Made by a program: the position numbers and the translations under genes. The notes under the pieces are model-generated. The model was not told the DNA's origin. It saw only the letters and a program-made list of their open reading frames with translations, and did not search any database. This document shows positions 15,731 to 25,885 of a stretch of 64,000 bases of DNA, in pieces (within the stretch, counting starts at the first letter, position 1; the number at the start of each line of letters is the position of its first letter). The DNA is taken from assembly GCA_043228905.1 (NCBI GenBank), contig JBHGNT010000005.1, positions 20,398,001 to 20,462,000 of the forward strand. The letters run 5' to 3'. The stretch comes from Azolla caroliniana. Taxonomy: Eukaryota > Plantae > Polypodiophyta.

Positions 15731-16253
15731 TCTTCTATGTAAGGGCATTTAAAATGAGTTGTTGTCAAAATATATATTGGCACGAAGGGGTATTGTTATT
15801 AGTCGTTTTTTTATAGAAGGGTATCTAAAATAGTAAAAAATATACGTATAAGGGGTTTATAAAAGATGCCATGAACGCACATGATACAACCTCTTTATAT
15901 ATAGTGGAGCCCCCGGGGATGAGAGTGGGGTTGAGAAAGAGAGAGTTCAGAAGGCGGGGGTTCTCTGTGTGCAGGTTCTCGTATGATGATCTTGCAACGT
16001 CTTGGTGCTTCTGTGCTCCTGGGTTCGCGAAAGTAGAGGGTCTCTACGCGCAGTGGTTTTTGTCTGTGCATTCTGGCGCCTTTTTCGAGTGTGTGCATGT
16101 CGCGTACTTAAAATAGCATTATGTCCTGTGGTGGCGCTTTAAATGCCCACTACGTACCTTTTCGCTCCACGCTCTTTCATCCATTCATTCCTCGCTTTTG
16201 CATGATTGGTTTTTTTTTTTTTTTTTTTGGTTATTATTATTATTAGTGTGACG

Positions 16254-17774
16254 TCACTTGTCCGTTGGTCCTCTCGGACCCTTACCGGCCTCATTCTCCC
16301 CAGTTACCGGCTCGCCTTCTCTGCCGTCTTGGTGGTTGCCGTTTCCCTCACTGGTGTCGGCCCTTCGCTCAAATGGGTTCTTAGGCATCGGTCCTCTATA
16401 TGCCTTTAACCGGAATCTGTTGACCCATTTGCCTAGCACTTCTCCGGCAAGTGGCCCTAACTGGTAGGACCCATTATACTCCCGTGTTAGCCAATATGGT
16501 CCGGTCCATCTAAACCGTAGTTTACCTGGCATCTTGCCCATCCGGGTTTGGAATACTAACACCGGTTTGCCAATTGCGAACATTTTTTCGTTACCTTTCC
16601 TGTGTCGGTCGACAAATGCTTTCCGTCTGCGTTGCTCCAATTCTAAATGTAGGATGCTGGCCAGTCGTTGTTCCTCGAGCTCACACAACACTGTCAACCT
16701 TATTGCCTCCGACTCCTTCTCGTTCAGCCTTTCCAGTAGCTGGATCCGTAAGCTAGGTACTTGGAATTCTACCGGCATGACCGCCTCGAGTCCGAACGCC
16801 AACCGGAACGGTGTTGTTCGGATGCTCGTTTTGTATGCCGTCCGGTATGCCCAAAGTGGGCTATGTAGCTTTGTGTCCCAATCCGTCCGGTTTTCGTTGA
16901 CGATCTTCCGGAGGATATTCTGTAGCGTCTTGTTTGTTGATTCCGCTAAACCGTTCGCCTGTGGATAGTAAGGTGTGCTACGTTTGTGTACAACGGCATA
17001 GAATGTCGTCAGGCTTTCCACTACTTGGCCGAGAAAGTGCCCCCCTTGGTCACTTATCAATTCAATGGGGCATCCGTAACGGCACCAGATGTACTCATAT
17101 AGAAACTTTGCCGTTGACGCAACGGTATTATCCCGTAAAGCTTTGGCCTCCACCCATTTTGTGCAGTAATCCGTAGCAACGATAATGTACCGATTACCCG
17201 TTCTCATTGCCAATGGCTTGAACGGTCCTACAAAGTCCAGCCCCCACTTTTGGAATGGCTCGAGTGGTAGTACCGGCTGGTGTGGCATACGAGCCTGCTC
17301 CGTTGGCTGGCCCAGTCTCTGGCATAGGTCACATTCTTTTGCATACCGTACCGCATCTCTTAATGTCGTTGGCCACCATAGGCCACTTTGCCATATTTTT
17401 CTGGCCGTCGCATCTCTGGCATAGTGACCTCCGGCAACTCCGCAGTGGGCTTCCCTCAATATCAGTTCCTTTTCATCGCTGCGCACCGCCCGTCTCCATA
17501 TGCCGTCCGCGCCCTTGTGGTACAGTGTGTCTTGCAGTAAGCAGAAATGTCGGCTTTGCACCGCCAGGTGTTTCCGTTCGTCCCGGTTCATCTCTTCCGG
17601 AGGCAGTCCTGTGCTCAGAAACTGGTGCATATTTGTGAGCCATTTGTCTTCCTGTGCCACCGTCTCATCTGCTGCCGTCTCCGTAGTGACTCGAAACAAC
17701 ACTGCATCCAGAAACTCATCCGCTACTTTGTCACCCGTCTCTCCGGACTCTAATCGGCTTAAGTAATCCGCCAT
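16254..17774 (-). CDS. Gypsy integrase (open 506-aa segment)
   Basis: HHCC zinc finger, D,D35E core and GPY motif in the ORF track. Confidence 0.85.
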   Translation of the reverse strand: MADYLSRLESGETGDKVADEFLDAVLFRVTTETAADETVAQEDKWLTNMHQFLSTGLPPEEMNRDERKHLAVQSRHFCLLQDTLYHKGADGIWRRAVRSDEKELILREAHCGVAGGHYARDATARKIWQSGLWWPTTLRDAVRYAKECDLCQRLGQPTEQARMPHQPVLPLEPFQKWGLDFVGPFKPLAMRTGNRYIIVATDYCTKWVEAKALRDNTVASTAKFLYEYIWCRYGCPIELISDQGGHFLGQVVESLTTFYAVVHKRSTPYYPQANGLAESTNKTLQNILRKIVNENRTDWDTKLHSPLWAYRTAYKTSIRTTPFRLAFGLEAVMPVEFQVPSLRIQLLERLNEKESEAIRLTVLCELEEQRLASILHLELEQRRRKAFVDRHRKGNEKMFAIGKPVLVFQTRMGKMPGKLRFRWTGPYWLTREYNGSYQLGPLAGEVLGKWVNRFRLKAYRGPMPKNPFERRADTSEGNGNHQDGREGEPVTGENEAGKGPRGPTDK

Positions 17775-20214
17775 GGCATGCTGTATACCGGGTCAGTGGA
17801 ATATTTCAAACTCGAACTCTTGTAACAGTAAGGTCCACCGGGCCAATTTGCTGGTGAGTGACACTTTGGACACCAGGTAAAGGAGTGCCGAATGATCTAC
17901 ATGGAAGGAAAACTTCCTTCCCAACAAATAATGTCGAAACTTTGTCACACTGTAGATCATCCCTAGAGCTTCCCGTTCCGTAGTAGAGTAGTTCCGTTCT
18001 GCTTGGGATAGCTTCCGGCTAGCATAGTACACTGGCCGGTACCACTTTGGTTCCATAAGCTGCATTAGTACGCTTCCGATTGCGATGTCGGAGGCGTCCA
18101 CGAACACGTGAAATTCTTTACTCCAATCCGGAGGCTACACTACCGGTGCCTGCGACAATAGTACCTTGAGGGCCTTATATGCCCTATCCTCAGTGTCGGT
18201 CCACTGGAATGGTGTCCGATGTACGGCGGCATGCAACGGTGTAGCCAGGTCGGCCAAGTATCGGAGCATCCGGCTGTGCCACCGGATCTGGCCTAAGAAC
18301 CGGCTTAATGCCTTTGCCGTTGCCGGCGCTGGTGCTTCTAATATGGCTTTCACTTTGTCCAGGTCGACTGCAATACCTTCCTGGCTCACAATATGTCCTA
18401 ATAAAGTTCCACTGGACACGCCAAATACACACTTTGCCGGATTCAAGCTTAGCCGGTACGCTCTACACTTTTCTAGACAAAGACGGAGGTGCTGAAAATG
18501 GTCCTCCTCTCGGCTATAGACGATGAAATCGTCAAGGAAAACCTGCATAAAAGCCGATATATATTCACCAAAGATTTCCATGATGATTCATTGAAATGTT
18601 GCCGGTGCCGTTTTGAGTCCGAACATCATCACCACGGCCACAAAGACCCCCCATTTGGTGACGAATGCCATTTTCTCTTGGTCGTCGGGGTGCATCTGGA
18701 TCTGATTATACCCGCTGAATCCGTCTAGGAAGCTATAGACCTCATGGCCGGCGACGACATCCAACACTCCATCTGTGAACGGAAGTGGAAACACATCCGT
18801 TACCGTAGCCACATTGAGTTTCCGGTAGTCTACGCAAACTCGAATTTTTCCGTTCTTCTTCGGTACGACTACGATTGGGCTCAGCCATGTCGCTTTCTTT
18901 ACCGGACGGATAAAGCCAACTCTTAGTAGTTTGTCGATTTCCTCCTTGACGTTGGCGGCATAATTGGGATTCATCCGGTACCTTCTTTGTGCCACTGGTT
19001 TTGCGTCCTTGCTCAAGTGCACCTGATGTTGGTATAACTGAGGGTCGAGTCCTCGCATATCTTCGTATGACCAGGCGAACACATCGCGGAATTCCGTGAG
19101 AAGTGTGATCATCGCCGTTTTGTCTTCGGATTTCATCTCCTTGGCGATGTGCACCGGTTTTGCTTCGTCCGTGGTGCCTAGGTTCACCTCTTCCAGTTGC
19201 GACGCTTTCACGTGTTGTGAAACGGCCATTTCCCGTTCCAACACTTCCTGCGCTTGCCGTAACTCCCGGATTGCGTCTTTATCTGGTTCTGCTTCAGCCT
19301 CTTCCGGTTGTGGTAAGTATGGTGCTACTGCTTCGGCAATGTCAATTTCGAAGAGGGGTATGATCTTCGGGTTTTCCTGCAAGTACTAAGCTTCTTCTTC
19401 GTCCGCTAACCCTTCTAGCATGTGGACGCATTCCGCATACAACGGTGTACATTCCTTGCCAGTGCTCATCCTTGGCTGTGTTGGTACCCGTACCTTGGCT
19501 TTTCCTCGCCGGAAGGTAATTATATTTTTCCGCCAATTCTGTTTGATATGTGCCGTTTTCAACCATGGCCGCCCCAGCAATAGCGGGTATGCGCCTTGTG
19601 CCTGTAATTGTAGCACTACGGCCGAGATGTGAAATGTATGACCGCCGACGGTGACTTCTAATTTCCGTTGTCGTGAATATTTTCGTCCATAGGCGGAAAC
19701 CGGGGTGGAAGGGGCAAGTCGGTGGTGTGCAACATGTGCACATGTATACTAGGATATGGTGTGTAGAAAGAGAGGGGAAATTTTTGTCCCACATTGTAAG
19801 GTCCCTCCCTCCTTGGGCTATAAAAGGAGGGAAGGGGTCACTTATGAAGGGGTTACCTATTTTGTGTGAGTAAGGTATACCACTTAGTCTAGGGTTCTCC
19901 CTCTTCCCATTTTGTTTTAGGGTTAGGGTTTTGGTTAGGGTTTTCTTCTTGGGTTTCCCTTTAGGGATTTCGGATATTTTTTTTGGTGCGGCCATGACGG
20001 CCACCACTGTTGTAACCGTTCGTTGTTTTAACATAACTTGTTGAACATCTTGCCTCCGCCGATCTCTCCTTCGATGTCGTGGTCTTATTCTTTCCTCTTC
20101 TCCTCTTGAGCTAAGCCTCCATATCATGTCCTATTCTTTCTCCTCCACTCCCTAGTCCAAGACCCCCGCGGTCCCGCCCCTTCTACACGCACGCGCGTAA
20201 CAACGCAACATCTT

Positions 20215-20232
20215 TGGTGAACCCGACGTGAA
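20215..20232 (+). promoter_or_regulatory. Primer binding site complementary to tRNA-Trp(CCA)
   Basis: TGGTGAACCCGACGTGAA is the reverse complement of the recalled plant cytosolic tRNA-Trp 3' end ...TTCACGTCGGGTTCACCA. Confidence 0.85.
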
Positions 20233-20247
20233 GGGCGGCAAGGGAGC

Positions 20248-22413
20248 GTGGAGATGGAAGAAGACTTGGACTTCGAGGAGATGATGGCAAAAATCGTGAT
20301 GGAAGCCGGACGGAAAATGGCGAAGCGAGATGCGGCTCAACAAGCCGTCGAGAGGGTGGTCGATCGAGTCGGCCGATTCAACGGGGACAATGTCCCGAGG
20401 TTCTTGGAAGCGTACGATGCCGAGATGGCGAAAGGGGGCGTAGACGAGGCGATGCGGCTAGAGTATTTTCCTCGAGTGGCGGCCGTATTGGTGCACAAGG
20501 AGATCAAGGAGCTACGAGAAGCTCATGAGTCGTGGGTGTCCTTTGAGGGAGCCCTATTGGAAGTGTGCGGATACGCGAAACCGGAGTGGGTATGCCGGCA
20601 ACCCGATGGGGAGCGGTCGGCAATAACGTGGCCCGCGAGCGGCAGAGAAGAGAGAGCGGTGAGTGAGTACACACTACCGCCGGAAGAGAGCTCAACGCAA
20701 AACGGTTCAGAGGAGGTCGACCTAGAAGTGCTAATACGAGAGGCATGCGAGCTTGTGAAGGCGAAAATCGGAGCCGAAGAAGGGCTTGTTATGGAGACGG
20801 GCCGGAGGCGATCGGAGGATGCGGAGGAAGAAGCCTCCCTAGACGTAGAAGACGGGGCCTATACGGAGGCTGGGAGAGCGTACGACGGCAAGATAGGAGA
20901 GGGTGCGGAGCAAGCGACCCTCTTGCCTTGCGGTGAAGGGACGGCCATGGAGGCCGGTAACTACGGATTCGGGACATGGCGGCCCGAAACATTGAGTGAG
21001 GAGCGGACAAGCGGCGGTGCCGCGACCATACACACACCGGTCCTAGAGACTCTGGCATCCGGCCCGAGAGCCGGTGTGAGACCTAGAGTGACGGACGGTG
21101 GCGGCGGCAAGGCGGGCAACCGAGACGACGGCATGGGAGAGATGGTGGCAAGCGTAATCGAGGTTTGCGGAATCGGAGATGGGGTAGCCGCGGACAACGA
21201 CGACCGGACGGAAGCGGCTACTGACACAACGAGTGGCGGTGCCGGGTCCTTACCCACACCAGTCCTAGAGGCTCCGGCGGCCGGCCCGAGTGCCGGCTTG
21301 AGACCTAGAGCGACGGGCGGTGGTGGCGGCAAGGCGGCCTACCACGGCGACGAAGAGAACGAGGAAGAGATAGCCACGGACCACGGCGTCCGAACGAAGG
21401 TGGCTACGAACATGGCATCGGCGAGTAATGGTATCGGGACTTTTCCCACACCTATTCTAGAGACTTCGGCAGTCGGCCCCGAGAGCCCACGAGAGACTGG
21501 AGAGACGGAAGGTGGCGGCGGCAAAGCGGACGATCGAAACGACGACGAGGAAGGTCATAGCGGACGGAGGCAAGACCTCTCGACACCGAGACCGGAGACT
21601 ACGGCGGTTGCGCTTGAATGCCAACACAAGACCGGAGAGAAGGGCGGTGGCCGTGAGGAGGTGTGGCCCGGAGCGAACACTTACGAAGATGAGGACATGA
21701 GGCCCGGAACGGGCATATACGAGAGGACCGACGGAGAGGTCGGGAGCGGTAAAGAGGAGAGAGTCGGGAACCGACCCGACCGGAGGATGGACCGGTCGAT
21801 AATCCGACATGACCGGAAGACGACGCGGAAGAACATTGGAGCAGGGTATTGTCAACCGGGCCCGAACCGAAGAAGCGCTGGCAAGATCAGATTTGTCTGG
21901 ACAAACATCTACCGGCCGGTTACGATTACGGAAGGGAGCCGACCTAACCGATCTGGGCGAAGGCTAAGTTGGCATGGTTGGAGGTTGAGGCGAATGGGCC
22001 ACAACACCCGGTGGGAGCCGGTGAGCGCGAGAAGGAAGCTAACCGGGCACGGTGATTACGGCATGGCAGAAGACCGAGAGCGAGAGGAGCCCTCCACATC
22101 TATCCTTGAGACTTCGGCGGTTGCGGATCAACATAAGACTGGAGACACGACGGGTGGCGGCGAGGAGTCGGAGACCGGAACTGACGAGGCCACTAGAACG
22201 GGTACCCGGTGCGTGAAGACGGATGAGCACGGCCAAGACGGCAAGCCGGAGTCGAAAGGGGCTACGGCAAGAAAGGACAAAGAGATCGACGCGGAGGTCG
22301 GGTCTACGACGGATGAGGCGCGTAATACGAAGTATGCACTACGACGTAAAATGGAGCATGCACTACGGCTAGCGAAGGGCCAACAAGTAAGCATGCACTC
22401 GGAAGAGCGGTAA
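20248..22413 (+). CDS. 721-aa Gag-like protein: capsid-like N-terminus plus acidic Gly/Glu/Thr-rich repeats
   Basis: Uninterrupted ORF starting just after the PBS. N-terminus GRFNGDNVPRFLEAYDAEM..RLEYF..ESWVSFEGALLE resembles a gypsy capsid NTD. Five repeats of T.(V/I)LET.A.....T...GGGG follow. Confidence 0.7.
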   Translation: MEMEEDLDFEEMMAKIVMEAGRKMAKRDAAQQAVERVVDRVGRFNGDNVPRFLEAYDAEMAKGGVDEAMRLEYFPRVAAVLVHKEIKELREAHESWVSFEGALLEVCGYAKPEWVCRQPDGERSAITWPASGREERAVSEYTLPPEESSTQNGSEEVDLEVLIREACELVKAKIGAEEGLVMETGRRRSEDAEEEASLDVEDGAYTEAGRAYDGKIGEGAEQATLLPCGEGTAMEAGNYGFGTWRPETLSEERTSGGAATIHTPVLETLASGPRAGVRPRVTDGGGGKAGNRDDGMGEMVASVIEVCGIGDGVAADNDDRTEAATDTTSGGAGSLPTPVLEAPAAGPSAGLRPRATGGGGGKAAYHGDEENEEEIATDHGVRTKVATNMASASNGIGTFPTPILETSAVGPESPRETGETEGGGGKADDRNDDEEGHSGRRQDLSTPRPETTAVALECQHKTGEKGGGREEVWPGANTYEDEDMRPGTGIYERTDGEVGSGKEERVGNRPDRRMDRSIIRHDRKTTRKNIGAGYCQPGPNRRSAGKIRFVWTNIYRPVTITEGSRPNRSGRRLSWHGWRLRRMGHNTRWEPVSARRKLTGHGDYGMAEDREREEPSTSILETSAVADQHKTGDTTGGGEESETGTDEATRTGTRCVKTDEHGQDGKPESKGATARKDKEIDAEVGSTTDEARNTKYALRRKMEHALRLAKGQQVSMHSEER

Positions 22414-25400
22414 CGAGTGACCGGCAACGGTGGACTGGTCGAGCCTTTGAGAGACAAGCACGCAGCGAGAGACGAAGCCGTAAGGTGCCGAGATCGGCGG
22501 ATGGGTGGCGAGAGCGAAGGATGGTGCGCGGAGAACAACGGGGTACACACCGGGAAGAGAAAACGCAGCGGCTTCTCGGAGGACATACAAGGCCGAGTGG
22601 GCCAAGAGGGCGCAAGCCGAGGCGAGGCGGTAACGAGAGCCTCGAGGGACACCGACACGGAGGTCGGGAGGACGGTACGCTCTACGGTGAGAGAGCACGA
22701 CGGGCAAAGGAGAGGCAAGGAACACGGAATGGGGTCACGTAAGGACCGAAGAATGAGCACGCATTCGATGGACGACAACGACGCACGGAAAGTGCCTACG
22801 GAAGCCGAGTGCAGAACGAGGGGAGTCGGTACGAGGTGTTCGGGGCGAGGAGAAGGTCGAGCCGGAGGTGGAACACACGCAATACGCGAGGAGCGGCACC
22901 CGACGAGCAATCGAAGTAATCGGGGGTCTAACCGGAGGACATGTGCGGTGAGCGAAGGAAGGGAGACCGGATCGGCAACGGTGTTCGGGATGACCGGTCG
23001 AAGAAGAAGGTGCATGCGCCGGACATGGAGGATCGGATGGAGCCGATGGTTCGGGGAAACGTGCTGGACGTGGTGGATCGGATGGAGTCGGCGGGTCGGG
23101 GCCGACAAGACGGATCGACGCCAGCAAGGGACCGGCAAGAAGGTTGGGTGCCGGTAAGGCGAAAGACCCGGTTGATCACCGTGGACGAAATCTCTCACCC
23201 TTTTCCTTTCTTGGCAAATACCGGTGGATGTGCGGTTTGGTGGGGGTGGATGTCGTGAAGATTTTCGTCCATAGGCGGAAACCGGGGTGGAAGGGGCAAG
23301 TCGGTGGTGTGCAACATGTGCACATGTATACTAGGATATGGTGTATAGAAAGAGAGGGGAAATTTTTGTCCCACATTGTAAGGTCCCTCCCTCCTTGGGC
23401 TATAAAAGGAGGGGAGGGGTCACTTATGAAGGGGTTACCTATTTTGTGTGAGTAAGGTATACCACTTAGTCTAGTGTTCTCCCTCTTCCCATTTCGTTTT
23501 AGGGTTAGGGTTTTGGTTAGGGTTTTCTTCTTGGGTTTCCCTTTAGGGATTTCAGATATTTTTTTTGGTGCGGCCATTGCGGCCACCACTGTTGTAACCG
23601 TTCGTTGTTTTAACATAACTTGTTGAACATCTTGCCTCCGCCGATCTCTCCTTCGATGTCGTGGTCTTATTCTTTCCTCTTCTCCTCTTGAGCTAAGCCT
23701 CCATATCATGTCCTATTCTTTCTCCTCCACTCCCTAGTCCAAGACCCCCGCGGTCCCGCCCCTTCTACACGCACGCGCGTAACAATGCGACACCGTATTA
23801 ATCTTGTCGGCCGCACTGAGCTTGTATCGGCCATCCGCAACCAGAACGGACACGGCTCCCACTCGTGGATTCCTAGGTCATCGCATGTCCGAAGGCTTAT
23901 TACATTCACCCCAAAGCCTCCGTCTATAACTATGCCGGGGAGTTCTTTCCCTTTTACAATGGCAGTGATTACCGGACTGCTGGTGTCCACCACCGTTGGT
24001 CCCTCTTCCGGATTCGAGAAGAGTACCGGTGCCGGTGATGGTTCTCCTGCCGTCATGGCCGTCTTCAGTCCTTCCGTGAATCTTGGCACGAGTTGTAGGA
24101 GTCTTCCTAGTGGTAACGTAATCTGGCATTCTTGCAATGCCTGCCATGTCTTGTTCTCGGAGTGATTACCGTCGGCAAGCCCTGCGGCGTTCTCCTTTTG
24201 CCGCTGTAAGTCTGTGACATTCTGCTCGTTTGCTTTCTTTACCTATTCCGTTGCTTTTTTCCGGATGGTCTCATGTGTTTCCCATTCTTTGGCCATGCCC
24301 TTCGACCTTGTGGTCACCTGCTGCAGATCTGCCACCTCAGGAACTACCATATTTACCGCCGGTCGTTTTTCATAGCTCTTCACCGGGCATTGGTTACTAT
24401 AATGGCCTTCTTGTCGGCAGTAGTAGTAGTAGGCCTTCCGGGTATTGCTAGATTCGGCATTGTCTGTTGTACCCGGGGCAGGTCCTGCGGTACGCGCGGG
24501 GTTTTGTACCGGTTGGCTGCTTGGAGCTCCTTGTTCCGGATCCCGGGGGTAGCCGCCTTTTTTAAAATGCCGTTTTTTGTTATAGCTCTTCTTATTACGG
24601 TATTCTTGACGGGGTTGCCCGTTATATCTGCCGTATTCCTCCCGTTGCTGACGATACCCGGGGGAGTGCTCCCGGTCGTAATGTTCGTATCGTCTATTGT
24701 AATCCTAGTACCGATCATGCCGGTCATAGTTATCCCGCCGATCACCGTACCGGACATCATTTTCTCGTCGATCGCCATACTAGACATCCTGTGCCGGTCG
24801 GTCGTGGTCCATTCGTCGCCAGCATTCGTCTTCTTCATCCCGGCTGTTGCGTGGCTCAATTTGTCGGACGGGCGGTGCTTGCCGGTGCAACAGATTATAC
24901 TCGCACCTATCCGTCGTATGGCTCTTGGATTGACAGATTACACATTGCGTCCTCATAGTGCATTCTAGAGCCGAGTGTTCGGAGTTCAAGCAGGTTGTGC
25001 ACTGTATTGCTTGCCGAAACGCCCGTTGAAGTGCTCCTAGTGTGAGCCAGGAGCTTGTCTTTTCCATCTCTCTCACCCGGTCAATGACCTGGTCGATGGT
25101 ACTTGTGCGGAAGTCGATTACCGTGCAAACCGTGCGTAGGGGTTCCCGGAGCGCGTTTAGGAATATAGTCCGTAATTCCTCTTCCGGGGGTGCGCGAGCA
25201 AGCTGACTATGCATCTGTTGAAACCGGATGACAAATTGGGGAATGCTCTCCCCTGCCTCTTGCCAGATGGTATAAAATAAGCCTACATTACGGTCTGGTC
25301 CACCTCCTTTTGAAAAAAATGCAAGAATTTAGCTTTTAAATCTGCAAAGGTGTTGATGGTAGACGGGTCCTGCGTCCGACGCCATCTTGCTGCCGGTCCC

Positions 25401-25885
25401 TCCAATGTGACGCCAAATTCCGCTATCTTAGAGCGTTCTTCTTCCTCCGGGGTCAATTGCTGGGACACATGGTTGGCTTCCCATGTCTGTTCAAAGGTGT
25501 GCACATGAGCTTCCGCGTCCAGATCATCTCTATACTTGGAGTACTGGAACGATATGTCGTCGTCCGGTAATGGTGTGCGGGCTGGCAGTGTTGGTGCTCG
25601 TTCCGGATTCTTCTCCGGTGTTGGTGGTCTTTCCCGATTTGTTTCCGGCGTCAGTGGCTTTTCCTCTTCCTTTGGTGACGGAGGCCTCTCCTCTTCGATG
25701 TTACCGGCCGGCAAAGGAGTCCAGAGTGGGAACGGAGAGTTATTTAAGTAGTAGGAATGTGGTTGTAATTAAGCTATGAGTGTGGACGGACGGACCAGAA
25801 ACGGTATGCTGTTCCGGATCCGGACCGATTCCGAACAGGTGCGGATGGCACCGTTTTGTAATACAGACTGGAAACCTATCTAAAC

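Larger units (their letters stand above)
19669..23792 (+). mobile_element. Complete non-autonomous Gag-only LTR element, TrpG copy 2 (542-bp LTRs, 4-bp TSD CCGT)
   Basis: LTRs 19669-20210 and 23251-23792, TG..CA, about 10 differences counted by eye; PBS 20215-20232; PPT-like 23234-23250; TSD CCGT at 19665-19668 and 23793-23796. Removing the element and one TSD copy restores the host reading frame RLIRKLEVTVGG. Confidence 0.95.
15918..25885 (-). mobile_element. Ty3/gypsy element, non-chromovirus Athila/Tat-like (gag-PR-RT-RH-IN), decayed, interrupted by TrpG copy 2
   Basis: gag about 25714-24200 with CCHC knuckles CTTCLNSEHSALEC and CVICQSKSHTTDRC; PR IVIDGGFGVNVI; RT VCVDYRKLN/LDGFSGYNQI/FLDD 19382-18135; RH FVDASDIAIG 18107-17793; IN with HHCC, DFVGPF, SDQG, YYPQANG, WTGPY 17774-16254. 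No chromodomain seen. Confidence 0.93.

Noticed and set aside
15740-15900. Possible MULE terminal repeat
   Set aside because: No partner repeat or TSD found.
19342-20127. 261-aa and 177-aa antisense ORFs through TrpG LTRs
   Set aside because: They run from LTR into unrelated host sequence and are not open in the solo LTR at 47999.
22128-23258. Long overlapping ORFs (356 aa minus, 246 aa plus) as real genes
   Set aside because: GC-rich low-complexity sequence with no recognisable motifs, and frames not conserved in the other copies.
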